DNA of 64,000 nucleotides, taken from a virus. The notes under the pieces were generated by a model that was given only the letters and a program-made list of their open reading frames with translations, did no database searches and was not told where the DNA came from. The translations under genes were made by a program, and so were the position numbers. The stretch covers positions 1 to 64,000 of the IMG/VR virus record IMGVR_UViG_3300002144_000072. One strand, given 5' to 3'. Positions within the stretch are counted from its first letter, which is position 1, and every line of letters begins with the position of its first letter. Below are positions 10,143-19,333 of the stretch, piece after piece.

Positions 10143-10381
10143 GTGCAAGATATATGATCGTTAGCTATTATCAACAAGCCAACGGCAAATGGGACGAAAT
10201 CACTGAATTTAAAAACAGCATAAAGATGAAGCACACTCAGACCGCCAAGGTCATCTTAGACTTCAAAGAAAAGAAATGTGTTAAAAACTTACTTAACCCC
10301 AATGCTGGCTATGAGGATATGCTCGAATTTTACAAGCGGATGATAGGGGATCGGTTGACCCCCCATCTCCCTAAAGATTAA
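10139..10381 (+). CDS. Hypothetical protein
   Basis: Coupled ORF converging on phoH. Confidence 0.55.
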   Translation: MSARYMIVSYYQQANGKWDEITEFKNSIKMKHTQTAKVILDFKEKKCVKNLLNPNAGYEDMLEFYKRMIGDRLTPHLPKD

Positions 10382-11118
10382 GTGTCGCCGTAGATTGCTA
10401 GTATCTCCTTTACTGCTTCATGACGTTCTACATCCTGTACATCAAATTGTACTAGGTCAACGTATTGATGTCCTTCAAAATTACGATAAAGTCCTAAAAA
10501 CTCTAACAGTCCATTATTGCTAGGACGATCAGCTTGTTGTAGGTCTCCTGTGACTACCATCTTGCTGTCTGTTCCTAGACGAGTTAACAACATCTTCATC
10601 TGGCTAGGTGTTGTGTTTTGCATCTCGTCTGCAATAACTACTGCATTTTTAAATGTTCTACCACGCATATATGCTAAAGGACTGGTTTCGATTACTCCTT
10701 CTCTTACAAAGTTTTCGATTTCTCTAGCATTAAAGTTTTCGGCGAGTACATCAAAAATTGGTCTCGTCCATGGCGCCATCTTTTCATTTAAGTCGCCTGG
10801 TAGGAAACCGTGTTCCTCGTCTACTGATACAGCTGGTCGCGTTATGATGATTTTTTCAGCTGCGCCACTCTTTAATTGATCCACTGCCCACTGAACAGCC
10901 AACATGGTTTTGCCGGTACCCGCGGGCCCTATTGCAAATACTATCATTTTATTGGGATCATTCAGTTTGAATAAGTAAGTCTCTTGACTTAAATTCTTAG
11001 GATAGATTTGAACTCGTTTTCTTTTATCGTTCAATCTGCGGTCAATATTTATAACGTTGCTGTCAAAACGTGGGTCATATTGCTCTTTTCGCTGCACTTG
11101 CGCTCTTTTTCGCTTCAT
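10378..11118 (-). CDS. phoH: PhoH-like ATPase
   Basis: GPAGTGKT, RPAV, GFLPG, YMRGRT, DEMQN, GDLQQ.D. Confidence 0.95.
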   Translation of the reverse strand: MKRKRAQVQRKEQYDPRFDSNVINIDRRLNDKRKRVQIYPKNLSQETYLFKLNDPNKMIVFAIGPAGTGKTMLAVQWAVDQLKSGAAEKIIITRPAVSVDEEHGFLPGDLNEKMAPWTRPIFDVLAENFNAREIENFVREGVIETSPLAYMRGRTFKNAVVIADEMQNTTPSQMKMLLTRLGTDSKMVVTGDLQQADRPSNNGLLEFLGLYRNFEGHQYVDLVQFDVQDVERHEAVKEILAIYGDT

Positions 11119-11139
11119 ATAAGGCTTTCCCTCCTAGTA

Positions 11140-11198
11140 TTGTGCTGGATCGGACCCTAAGTTCACTAGTGTCCGATACCCGAACACAACTGTATTTA
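11140..11198 (-). promoter_or_regulatory. TAAATA promoter plus structured leader of phoH
   Basis: TATTTA at 11193-11198 on +; nested inverted repeats TTGTG/CACAA and ATCGGAC/GTCCGAT. Confidence 0.5.
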
Positions 11199-11264
11199 AC
11201 AGTCTAGAGGAAATGATATATGTTATGTTTAAATTTCCGCGATAAATACAAATGGAGATTAATC

Positions 11265-11795
11265 ATGGCAGATATTAAAGATATTATTACAAACATCGAA
11301 CAAATTTACGGCTCTAATAACAGCCTAGGTTTGCTCAAAGATTTCGAACGTGTTATCGACGAACTAGATGTGTACGTCTACGATAACTGGCTGGACGGCG
11401 AACTAGTTAGTGGTCCGTACGAAAGCCGGTACTTTGTTGAATGTACTTTTATGTGGCCTGAAGATAAGATGCCTGAACCCAAAGGTGGTCAGCGTCTATT
11501 AGAATACGGATGTAAAGTACAAGTCGCTGAAGACATGTTGTCAGTTGTAAGGAAAATTAAGAAGCCAGAAGACATACGTCCTGGCACTAAAAAAGGAAAG
11601 ATTGATCACAAGAAAGTTTGGATGATCAAAATCAAGATGCCAAAGAAGTTAATGAAAGATATTAACCGTGGCTACACAGAATTAGATAAGAACAAGATTG
11701 AAGATATTGTTAGCTCATCCGGAGTTAACGCACATATTGATCCAGCAGAACAACAAGCACAGGAGATGGCAAATGCAGAACAACCAGCAGCTTGA
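11265..11795 (+). CDS. Hypothetical phage protein
   Basis: SD GGAG ahead of ATG 11265; TAAATA at 11243. Confidence 0.65.
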   Translation: MADIKDIITNIEQIYGSNNSLGLLKDFERVIDELDVYVYDNWLDGELVSGPYESRYFVECTFMWPEDKMPEPKGGQRLLEYGCKVQVAEDMLSVVRKIKKPEDIRPGTKKGKIDHKKVWMIKIKMPKKLMKDINRGYTELDKNKIEDIVSSSGVNAHIDPAEQQAQEMANAEQPAA

Positions 11796-12510
11796 TGAAG
11801 GACTTCGTCCTATGGACCTACAAGAAATGGTCCACTCCGTTTTTGAAATTGACAGCTTTAAGTCCAAGATGGGCGAAGACCGAGATGTTTGTGTTGTAAG
11901 TTTCAAAGTTAAAGATCGTAGTCCTGCCAAGGACATGATGGAATTCATTGAGAAAGGATATCCGTTTGTTTTAGATGCTGATATTAGTTCAGGTGAGGAC
12001 AACAAAGGTGAATATTCTGTTTTCGTTGAAATGTCTAGGACTCCGCAGTTATCAGAAAACATCAAAGACTTGATGTACGGTGTGACTAAGTTAACTGGTA
12101 TCGAGGGTTTCAAATTTAAATATTATAAAGAGTCTCAAGTACACGAAGCAACAGGTGAAAATCTTTCACAACATATTCCTTCCACAGCCAATGCTTACGA
12201 TGGATTTGTTAATAAAATGAAAGTTGAAAGTGTTAAATCATTTTTCAATAAAACATTAATGGACAGTCTAAGTCTAGATAACGATATTATTACTATTCAC
12301 AAACCGTTTGACAAACAAGTTAAGCTGCGGTGGCTAAGTGAGCAGGATCCTCAGGCAGTGGTAGAAGGTGCCATGGACTTAGACGAAACAGCTACCGCTG
12401 AAATGTTTTGGTTAACTAAAGTATTAGGTGACTACAACATTAGCAAGTTTGGAAATAAGTTTCTATTCACAAACGGTGATAGAGCTATGTTATTACAAAG
12501 GACAGAATAA
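11773..12510 (+). CDS. Hypothetical phage protein, possibly virion-associated
   Basis: AGGAG upstream; N-terminal QLDEG resembles the Glu-cleavage motifs of 19334-25005. Confidence 0.6.
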   Translation: MQNNQQLDEGLRPMDLQEMVHSVFEIDSFKSKMGEDRDVCVVSFKVKDRSPAKDMMEFIEKGYPFVLDADISSGEDNKGEYSVFVEMSRTPQLSENIKDLMYGVTKLTGIEGFKFKYYKESQVHEATGENLSQHIPSTANAYDGFVNKMKVESVKSFFNKTLMDSLSLDNDIITIHKPFDKQVKLRWLSEQDPQAVVEGAMDLDETATAEMFWLTKVLGDYNISKFGNKFLFTNGDRAMLLQRTE

Positions 12511-13358
12511 TGAGTGCAGAACATTTTAAATTTACATTCACAAAAGACCAAATCAGAGATCTAATCAAAACAGAATCAGATGCTTGGTATGAAGCAATGT
12601 GTGAGGTGTTGCCACTGTGGCAAATTGATACACCTGCTCGTGTTGCAGGATTCATCGCACAATGCGGCCACGAAAGTGCTGGGTTTAAAGTTTTAACAGA
12701 AAACTTAAATTATAGTGCTGACGGGTTAAACAAAATATTTCCAAAGTATTTTGTTAAAGCAGGGCGTGATGCTCAAGCATACAATCGTCAACCAGAAAAG
12801 ATTGCCAATGTAGTTTATGCAGGACGCATGGACAACGGTGATGAAGCAAGTGGTGATGGTTGGAGATTCCGTGGCGGCGGCTTGATCCAATTAACTGGTC
12901 GTCACAACTATACAAAATTCGCTGCTGCTATGAAGATGAACTTAGAAGAAGCCTGTGAATATGTTCGTACTAAGAAAGGCGCACTTGACAGTGCTTGCTG
13001 GTTCTGGGACGAGAACAATATCAATCAGTACTGCGATAGTGGCGACATTATTACTATGACCAAGCGTATCAATGGTGGTACTATTGGATTAGAAGATCGT
13101 AAGCAACATTGGGAACATGCTCTGCATGTGTTTGATCCTCATTGGACTGCGCCTGCAGAACCTGCATTAGTTTTAGAAACTGTTCGTAAAGGATCTAAGG
13201 GCCCCGTAGTAAAAAAGATGCAAGAGGCTTTGGGCTTGAACGCAGATGGAGATTTTGGTCCTGGAACCGAAAAAGCACTGATGGCGTGGCAAACAGCACA
13301 AGGCCTAACAGCCGATGGTATAGCTGGTCCAAAGACTCTGGGAAAACTACTAGGATAA
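12510..13358 (+). CDS. Endolysin: GH19 domain plus C-terminal peptidoglycan-binding domain
   Basis: FIAQCGHES, ENLNYS, FRGGGLIQLTG..NY, INGG..GLEDR; DGDFGPGT, DGIAGPKT. Confidence 0.93.
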   Translation: MSAEHFKFTFTKDQIRDLIKTESDAWYEAMCEVLPLWQIDTPARVAGFIAQCGHESAGFKVLTENLNYSADGLNKIFPKYFVKAGRDAQAYNRQPEKIANVVYAGRMDNGDEASGDGWRFRGGGLIQLTGRHNYTKFAAAMKMNLEEACEYVRTKKGALDSACWFWDENNINQYCDSGDIITMTKRINGGTIGLEDRKQHWEHALHVFDPHWTAPAEPALVLETVRKGSKGPVVKKMQEALGLNADGDFGPGTEKALMAWQTAQGLTADGIAGPKTLGKLLG

Positions 13359-13360
13359 CA

Positions 13361-13783
13361 ATGTTTAGCTCTATTAAAATCGCATTGGCGTTATTTGTTC
13401 TTGCATCTGCAGGAGCAGGATATATGTATGTAAAAAAGATTGAGGGTGACTTACAGACTGCAAGAGAAAACGTTGCTAAGATGGAAGTTGCTATACAAGT
13501 TAGCGAAGCAAGTATTAAGATGATGGAAACAGATATCAAGCGTACAAGCGAGCTTAACATGCAGTTGCAAGGCGATTTACAGAAAGCAGAGAAGTATGGG
13601 GATGAACTTCGTGCTACTCTACAGAAGCACAACCTAACTATGCTGGCTCTAAAAAAGCCTGCTATGATCGAACAAAGGATGCAAGATGCAACTACTAAGA
13701 TTTGGGCTGACATCACTACTGATACTGACCCTAGCAGGGTGCAGTCTCCTGCGCCCGGAAGCAAAAGTAATAACGGTAACTAA
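13361..13783 (+). CDS. Inner-membrane spanin (Rz-like)
   Basis: N-terminal TM helix and coiled coil, directly after the endolysin. Confidence 0.75.
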   Translation: MFSSIKIALALFVLASAGAGYMYVKKIEGDLQTARENVAKMEVAIQVSEASIKMMETDIKRTSELNMQLQGDLQKAEKYGDELRATLQKHNLTMLALKKPAMIEQRMQDATTKIWADITTDTDPSRVQSPAPGSKSNNGN

Positions 13784-14063
13784 TACTGTAAAAACTACAG
13801 TGCCTCCGGCTGCAAGGCCTAAGCCTGTACAGATGAACAATATTAAAATCTATGTTGTTAATAAAGACAACTATGATCTGTTCGTTGAAGAATTCACTAA
13901 GAAAAATGGTGAACTAGTATATATTGCTATTAGTGTTAAAGACTATGAAAATTTATCGTTAAACATAGCAGAGCTAAGAAGATATCTTAATCAACAAAAA
14001 GAAATAATTGTTTATTACGAAGAAGCAACTAAAGCAGAAGACATAAAACCAATATCTAAATAA
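13686..14063 (+). CDS. Outer-membrane lipoprotein spanin (Rz1-like)
   Basis: Lipobox LTLAG/C, Pro-rich linker, overlaps the i-spanin 3' end in another frame. Confidence 0.78.
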   Translation: MQLLRFGLTSLLILTLAGCSLLRPEAKVITVTNTVKTTVPPAARPKPVQMNNIKIYVVNKDNYDLFVEEFTKKNGELVYIAISVKDYENLSLNIAELRRYLNQQKEIIVYYEEATKAEDIKPISK

Positions 14064-14091
14064 ATATTTAAGTTAGCATAGGAGCGAAGTT

Positions 14092-14499
14092 ATGCCTAGA
14101 TTAGATCCTTCAGATTTACAAAGTCCAACACCGGTAGCTGCACCTGCGGCGGCGGCCTCTCCTGTAGCAACATCGCAAACAGGAGCGTTATCACAAATGA
14201 GCATTCAAATACCAGAAACCCCAACAGCAGGCGATAGTCCGTTAAACTCGTCAGCTGTAATGAAAGACGTCGAAGGCAACCCATTTAAAAAATGGATTTA
14301 TCTAGCAGCAGCAGTTGATAGCTGGAGGATTTGGCCAAGGGCATTTATGAGTATATACATTATTTTAGTATACAAAGTTGTGACTTGGTTTATGACTGTA
14401 CCAACACCTAATCTAGAACAATCTGGATTAGTATCAATTATTGTTGGTGCTGGTGCAGCATGGTTTGGTTTATACTTAGGTAGTTCACCAAGAAAATAA
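14092..14499 (+). CDS. Holin-like two-TM membrane protein
   Basis: Two TM helices, basic C-terminus, position in the lysis cassette. Confidence 0.5.
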   Translation: MPRLDPSDLQSPTPVAAPAAAASPVATSQTGALSQMSIQIPETPTAGDSPLNSSAVMKDVEGNPFKKWIYLAAAVDSWRIWPRAFMSIYIILVYKVVTWFMTVPTPNLEQSGLVSIIVGAGAAWFGLYLGSSPRK

Positions 14500-14531
14500 A
14501 AATTTTTACTGAGTTAAAAATAAACTTAAAT

Positions 14532-14561
14532 AAAAGGACTGCTTGACACAGTCCTTTTTTT
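14532..14561 (+). terminator. Intrinsic terminator
   Basis: AAAAGGACTG-cttgaca-CAGTCCTTTT followed by a T run. Confidence 0.8.
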
Positions 14562-14571
14562 ATTGTATAAT
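14543..14571 (+). promoter_or_regulatory. Sigma70 promoter TTGACA-17-TATAAT overlapping the terminator
   Basis: Perfect consensus with TG extension; the -35 box sits in the hairpin loop. Confidence 0.8.
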
Positions 14572-14577
14572 GATACT

Positions 14578-15417
14578 ATGGATTATTACTCTACACTCGG
14601 ATTAACACGTGGCGCATCAGACGCCGATATCAAGAAAGCATATCGCACTATGGCGATGAAGCATCATCCCGACAGGGGTGGTGATGAACAAAAATTTAAA
14701 GAAATTGCAACGGCATACGAAGCATTAACTGATCCCCAGAAAAGACATATCATTGATATGGGTGGTGATCCTAATGCACAACCCGGTCGAAACAATCCCA
14801 ATCAAGGCAATCCATTTGAATTTCACTTTGGCACAGGTAATATGGAAGACATATTCAACAACTTTGGCTTTAGTGGGTTCAATCGAAATCTTCGTAAGAA
14901 TAAATCATTGAATATTTCTGTAGAAATTACTCTAGAAGAAGTATTAACTGGCAAAGACATTGCAGCAGAGCTAGGGCTTCCGACCGGTAGGAAGAAGATG
15001 ATTAATATTCAAATACCCCCGGGTATAGAACACGGTCAACAAATTCGATATGAAGGTATGGGAGATAATGCAATACCTAATCTGATGCCAGGAGATCTTA
15101 TAGTTAATGTGAATGTGCTTCCTCATAGATCTTTTAAAAGAGAGGGCACGTCATTAACTATCGATAAAGAAATCAATGCATGGGATGCTATTCTCGGAAC
15201 ATCCATAGAGATAAAAACACTGGGCGGAAAATCACTGTCGGTTAACTTACCGCAAGGCACACAGCCTGATACTACATTTAGAATACCAGACGAAGGATTG
15301 CCAGATATGAGAACTAGACGAAGAGGTAATCTTCTTATTAAAATTAAAGTTAAAATCCCGAAAGATTTAACTCAAGCACAGTTAGAAAAAATTCAACAGG
15401 TGCAACATGGAATTTAA
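14578..15417 (+). CDS. dnaJ: DnaJ/CbpA-type co-chaperone without zinc finger
   Basis: DYY..LG, HPD motif, G/F region, DnaJ C-terminal domains. Confidence 0.9.
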   Translation: MDYYSTLGLTRGASDADIKKAYRTMAMKHHPDRGGDEQKFKEIATAYEALTDPQKRHIIDMGGDPNAQPGRNNPNQGNPFEFHFGTGNMEDIFNNFGFSGFNRNLRKNKSLNISVEITLEEVLTGKDIAAELGLPTGRKKMINIQIPPGIEHGQQIRYEGMGDNAIPNLMPGDLIVNVNVLPHRSFKREGTSLTIDKEINAWDAILGTSIEIKTLGGKSLSVNLPQGTQPDTTFRIPDEGLPDMRTRRRGNLLIKIKVKIPKDLTQAQLEKIQQVQHGI

Positions 15418-15901
15418 ACTAGGACCGCACAATTCTTTAGTAGAACAAAGTACTCCTTGGGACTTTGCAAGTGATATCGGTGCAAAAGATCTAGAAAAAC
15501 AAATGTGTTCTTTTATGATCGAAGCAAAAGGCATAGGGCTTGCTGCTAATCAATTAGGATTAACTAAGCAAGTATTCGTTATGGGCAGCTATAGTATAGC
15601 GGGCTTTCCAGAACCGTTCGCCTTGTTTAATCCTAAGATACTAGAAGCAAGCAAAGAAGAAGTTCTAGACGAAGAAGGTTGTCTTAGCTATCCGGGATTG
15701 TTTTTAAAAGTAAAACGTCCTAGCTGGATAATTGTAGAATATCAAAACAGCAACGGTGATACTATCGAAGCCAAGTTTGATGGATACTTAGCAAAGTGCT
15801 TTCAGCATGAGTTAGATCACCTAAACGGCATCTGCTTTGTTGACAAAGTAGGTCAAGTGAAGTTAAAATTAGCTATGAAGAAACTTAGGAAAAACAAATA
15901 A
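15407..15901 (+). CDS. def: Peptide deformylase
   Basis: GIGLAANQ, EGCLS, QHELDHLNG. Confidence 0.95.
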   Translation: MEFKLGPHNSLVEQSTPWDFASDIGAKDLEKQMCSFMIEAKGIGLAANQLGLTKQVFVMGSYSIAGFPEPFALFNPKILEASKEEVLDEEGCLSYPGLFLKVKRPSWIIVEYQNSNGDTIEAKFDGYLAKCFQHELDHLNGICFVDKVGQVKLKLAMKKLRKNK

Positions 15902-15902
15902 T

Positions 15903-18272
15903 ATGATCGAACCAAGCAAAGATTTACAAGAAATATTTGAAGGTGCAGTAGAGCATTCTAAAGCACTTGACCACGAATACATTACTATCGAGCATATCGT
16001 CTTCGGCATTTTGAGTGACAAGAATTCCTTTGAACTTCTAAAGTCATACGGGGCAGATGCTGTTTTTATTAAAACAAATTTAGAGCATTATCTAAAAAAC
16101 AATCTCAATGACATTAAAACTAGTAATCCTAATGTCAAACCTAAAAAGACTAACAGTGTTGAGCGTGTGCTTAACCGTTGCTTTACGCAGGTATTGTTCA
16201 GTGGACGGCAGCGTATGGAAGTTGCTGATGTTATTATCAGCGTACTCAGTGAAAAAAATAGTTTCGCTTACTATTTCCTTACCAAGGGAGGAGTGACAAA
16301 AGAAAAGTTTGTTAAGTATTTCCAAGAAAATGTAATGCCGCAGCCCGAAGAAGAAGAAGATCATCAAGTGTCAGAAAACCGAGTAGCTAATGTAAGTCAA
16401 GCCGATAGGATTTTAAATCAGTTCTGCACAAATCTTTCATTGAAAGCCAAGCAGCGTAAAATTGATCCGGTTATTGGACGTGAAGAAGAAATTGAAAAAA
16501 TTCAGCTAGTTCTTGCTCGTCGAAATAAGAGCAATGTATTAATGGTAGGTGATCCAGGTGTTGGTAAAACTGCTATTGCTGAAGGTATTGCACTTAAGAT
16601 TCTTAATAAAAAAGTACCTAAGTTTATCCAAGACCACCAAGTATACACACTTGATATTAGTTCGTTGCTAGCAGGTTCTAAATATCGCGGTGACTTTGAA
16701 GAACGTGTTAAGGGTGTACTTGCTGCACTTGAGCGTAAGGGCAATATTATTTTGTTTATCGACGAAGCACACATGATGAATGGTGCAGGCGCAGGCGGTG
16801 GTAATAGTTCAAACGATATGGCTAATATGTTAAAGCCTATCCTTACCAAGGGTGTTATTAAACTAATTGCATCAACTACTTGGGAAGAATATCGCAAGCA
16901 CTTTGAAAGTGATCGTGCATTAATGCGTCGATTCCAGCGTGTTAACATCGACGAGCCTAGTGCAGAAATGACTGTTAAGATTCTCAAAGGTCTTAAGAAG
17001 CATTATGAACAACATCACAATGTTAAGATCAGCGATGCTGCTATCGAACAAGCAGTTAAGTTGTCTATTAAGTATATGGCTGACAAGAAACTTCCAGACA
17101 AAGCTATTGACATCATAGACTGTGCTTCTGCAAGATACAAGTTGAAAGACGATGTAGAGATGGAAGGCGTAGAACAAATTGTTGACATCGAACAAGTCAC
17201 TTACGAACTTAGTAAGATGATTAACATGCCTTTGGAAACTGTAGCTCAAAAAGAAAGCAAAAATCTTGCTTCATTAGAGAAACAAATGAAAGGAGTTGTG
17301 TACGGACAAGATACTGCTGTAGAAACATTACTTGATAAAATCTTTGTTGCACAAGCAGGTATGAAATCACCTAACAAGCCTATCGGTAGCTTCCTATTAT
17401 CTGGCCCAACTGGAACAGGTAAAACAGAAACTGCTAAAACTCTAGCAGAAAAGATGGGCATGGAGTTAATACGATTTGATATGGGCGAGTATCAAGAAAA
17501 GCACAGCGTTTCACGTTTGATTGGTGCTCCTCCTGGATATGTCGGCTACGAAGACAATGCAGGTATGTTGATCACTAAGCTGCAAGAACATCCTAATGCT
17601 GTACTATTGCTTGACGAAGTTGAGAAAGCACACCCAGATGTTATGAATATCCTATTAGCATTTATGGACAATGGCTTTGTCACTGGTTCAAACGGAAAAC
17701 AAGCAGACGGAAGAAACTGTATTCTGCTTATGACATCAAACCTAGGTGCCCGTGATAACGAGAATAACAATATCGGATTTGGTGAAATGGAGAGAGACGG
17801 AGAAGATGACAAAGCAGTTAAGAAGTTCTTTGCTCCAGAATTCCGTAATCGCTTAGATGCTGTTATCAAGTTTACTAAACTAGGCACTGAAGTTATACAT
17901 CAGATTGTTAGAAAGTTTGTAGGCGAACTTAATACTCAGCTTAAAGACAAAGGCATTGAAATCGTTCTTACAGACGCATCTACTAAGTGGTTAGCAGACA
18001 AGGGCTATGATAAAAAGATGGGTGCTCGTCCGCTAGCACGGTTGATTGACAATGAAGTTAAAAGTCCGTTAAGCCGTAGAGTATTGTTTGGTGATCTTAT
18101 CGAAGGTGGGCGTGTGACCATCGATATTGTTGAAGGTAAACTCGACTTTATAATTTCTGAAATTCCTAAGCCATTAACTAAAGAAGAGAAAAAAGCAATG
18201 AAAGCTCAGAGAGCGTTAGATGCTGCACAGTCCAAGGAACAAGATGTTATCAACGAAAACCAAGACAACTAA
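15903..18272 (+). CDS. clpA: ClpA-type AAA+ unfoldase
   Basis: Clp N domain, two Walker A motifs (GDPGVGKT, GPTGTGKT), IGF ClpP-binding loop, no ClpB middle domain. Confidence 0.92.
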   Translation: MIEPSKDLQEIFEGAVEHSKALDHEYITIEHIVFGILSDKNSFELLKSYGADAVFIKTNLEHYLKNNLNDIKTSNPNVKPKKTNSVERVLNRCFTQVLFSGRQRMEVADVIISVLSEKNSFAYYFLTKGGVTKEKFVKYFQENVMPQPEEEEDHQVSENRVANVSQADRILNQFCTNLSLKAKQRKIDPVIGREEEIEKIQLVLARRNKSNVLMVGDPGVGKTAIAEGIALKILNKKVPKFIQDHQVYTLDISSLLAGSKYRGDFEERVKGVLAALERKGNIILFIDEAHMMNGAGAGGGNSSNDMANMLKPILTKGVIKLIASTTWEEYRKHFESDRALMRRFQRVNIDEPSAEMTVKILKGLKKHYEQHHNVKISDAAIEQAVKLSIKYMADKKLPDKAIDIIDCASARYKLKDDVEMEGVEQIVDIEQVTYELSKMINMPLETVAQKESKNLASLEKQMKGVVYGQDTAVETLLDKIFVAQAGMKSPNKPIGSFLLSGPTGTGKTETAKTLAEKMGMELIRFDMGEYQEKHSVSRLIGAPPGYVGYEDNAGMLITKLQEHPNAVLLLDEVEKAHPDVMNILLAFMDNGFVTGSNGKQADGRNCILLMTSNLGARDNENNNIGFGEMERDGEDDKAVKKFFAPEFRNRLDAVIKFTKLGTEVIHQIVRKFVGELNTQLKDKGIEIVLTDASTKWLADKGYDKKMGARPLARLIDNEVKSPLSRRVLFGDLIEGGRVTIDIVEGKLDFIISEIPKPLTKEEKKAMKAQRALDAAQSKEQDVINENQDN

Positions 18273-18909
18273 TAAGAAGTTCTACAATAAGTGGCTTTAT
18301 AAGACTACTCTACAAGTTAGTGGTGCTGGTATCTTTAGAATGGCGGCGTTAGGAGACATAAAACTATTATGTAATCTTACAGAGGCGCCCTTACATGCGT
18401 TTCGTCAATCAGTATGGCATAATAAAGAGTTGATAGACAACATCTGCAACTTTTTATTGCCATACAACAAAAGCGACTACGCTACTAGGATAGAAAGTAG
18501 ACAGATCGACTATTATACAAACGATAAATTGTTCTATGATGCTATATCTGAAAAATTTGAATCGTATGTTGTTCATAGATTCGAACCAGGTGCAAACATC
18601 GACTTGTTAGATGCATCTACTATTATGGTTAAAAAGCTACCTAAGAATCAGTATCAGTACAGAGCTTATCTCCTTCCACATAAAATGGCAGGAGATAAAG
18701 AGGCTAAACAAAAGTATCTCGATTGGATCAAGTCGCAATCTACTAGAATTACCTGTACTGAGTCGTTGCAGTCATGGTTTATGCACACTGACTGGAATTG
18801 GGATAGAAGATATGTATTGGTGCAAGATGAAGCAACATTGCTTATGCTAAAGTTGCGTGATTCAACAGTTTTAGGGCGGATATACAAGTTTGTAGTTTCC
18901 GATAAATAA
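18220..18909 (+). CDS. Hypothetical protein (start uncertain)
   Basis: Long ORF in operon. Confidence 0.6.
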   Translation: MLHSPRNKMLSTKTKTTNKKFYNKWLYKTTLQVSGAGIFRMAALGDIKLLCNLTEAPLHAFRQSVWHNKELIDNICNFLLPYNKSDYATRIESRQIDYYTNDKLFYDAISEKFESYVVHRFEPGANIDLLDASTIMVKKLPKNQYQYRAYLLPHKMAGDKEAKQKYLDWIKSQSTRITCTESLQSWFMHTDWNWDRRYVLVQDEATLLMLKLRDSTVLGRIYKFVVSDK

Positions 18910-18913
18910 TAAT

Positions 18914-19288
18914 ATGGGCTTCGAAACATTAAAATTATTAGAAAATATCACTGTATCGTCTGCATACGGTAGAGACTATCAAGCTGGGTCTGACGCAGAC
19001 ACTGTATTTTACTCCGATAAAAACAGAGGAGCAGGATATTATAAAAACGGCGATGGTATACACACCTTGTTATTCCACGCAGAAGGCTTGCTAGGAACTA
19101 TCACTATACAAGCTACACTAGAACTTTATCCGGGTGACAGTGACTGGGTTGACGTACATACAGAAACATTTGATGTAGATAGCTCAAACTCCAGCAGAAG
19201 CACAACAATCACAGGCAAGTTTGTGTTTATACGTGCTGCATACCACATCGAAGACGGTGAAATCATCAGTGTCCGTTATAATTCCTAA
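18914..19288 (+). CDS. Hypothetical late protein, beta-rich
   Basis: TAAATA 5 nt ahead of the ATG. Confidence 0.6.
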   Translation: MGFETLKLLENITVSSAYGRDYQAGSDADTVFYSDKNRGAGYYKNGDGIHTLLFHAEGLLGTITIQATLELYPGDSDWVDVHTETFDVDSSNSSRSTTITGKFVFIRAAYHIEDGEIISVRYNS

Positions 19289-19333
19289 GTTGCGTTAAAC
19301 GATAAATATAGTATCAACTTATGGAAGATACGT

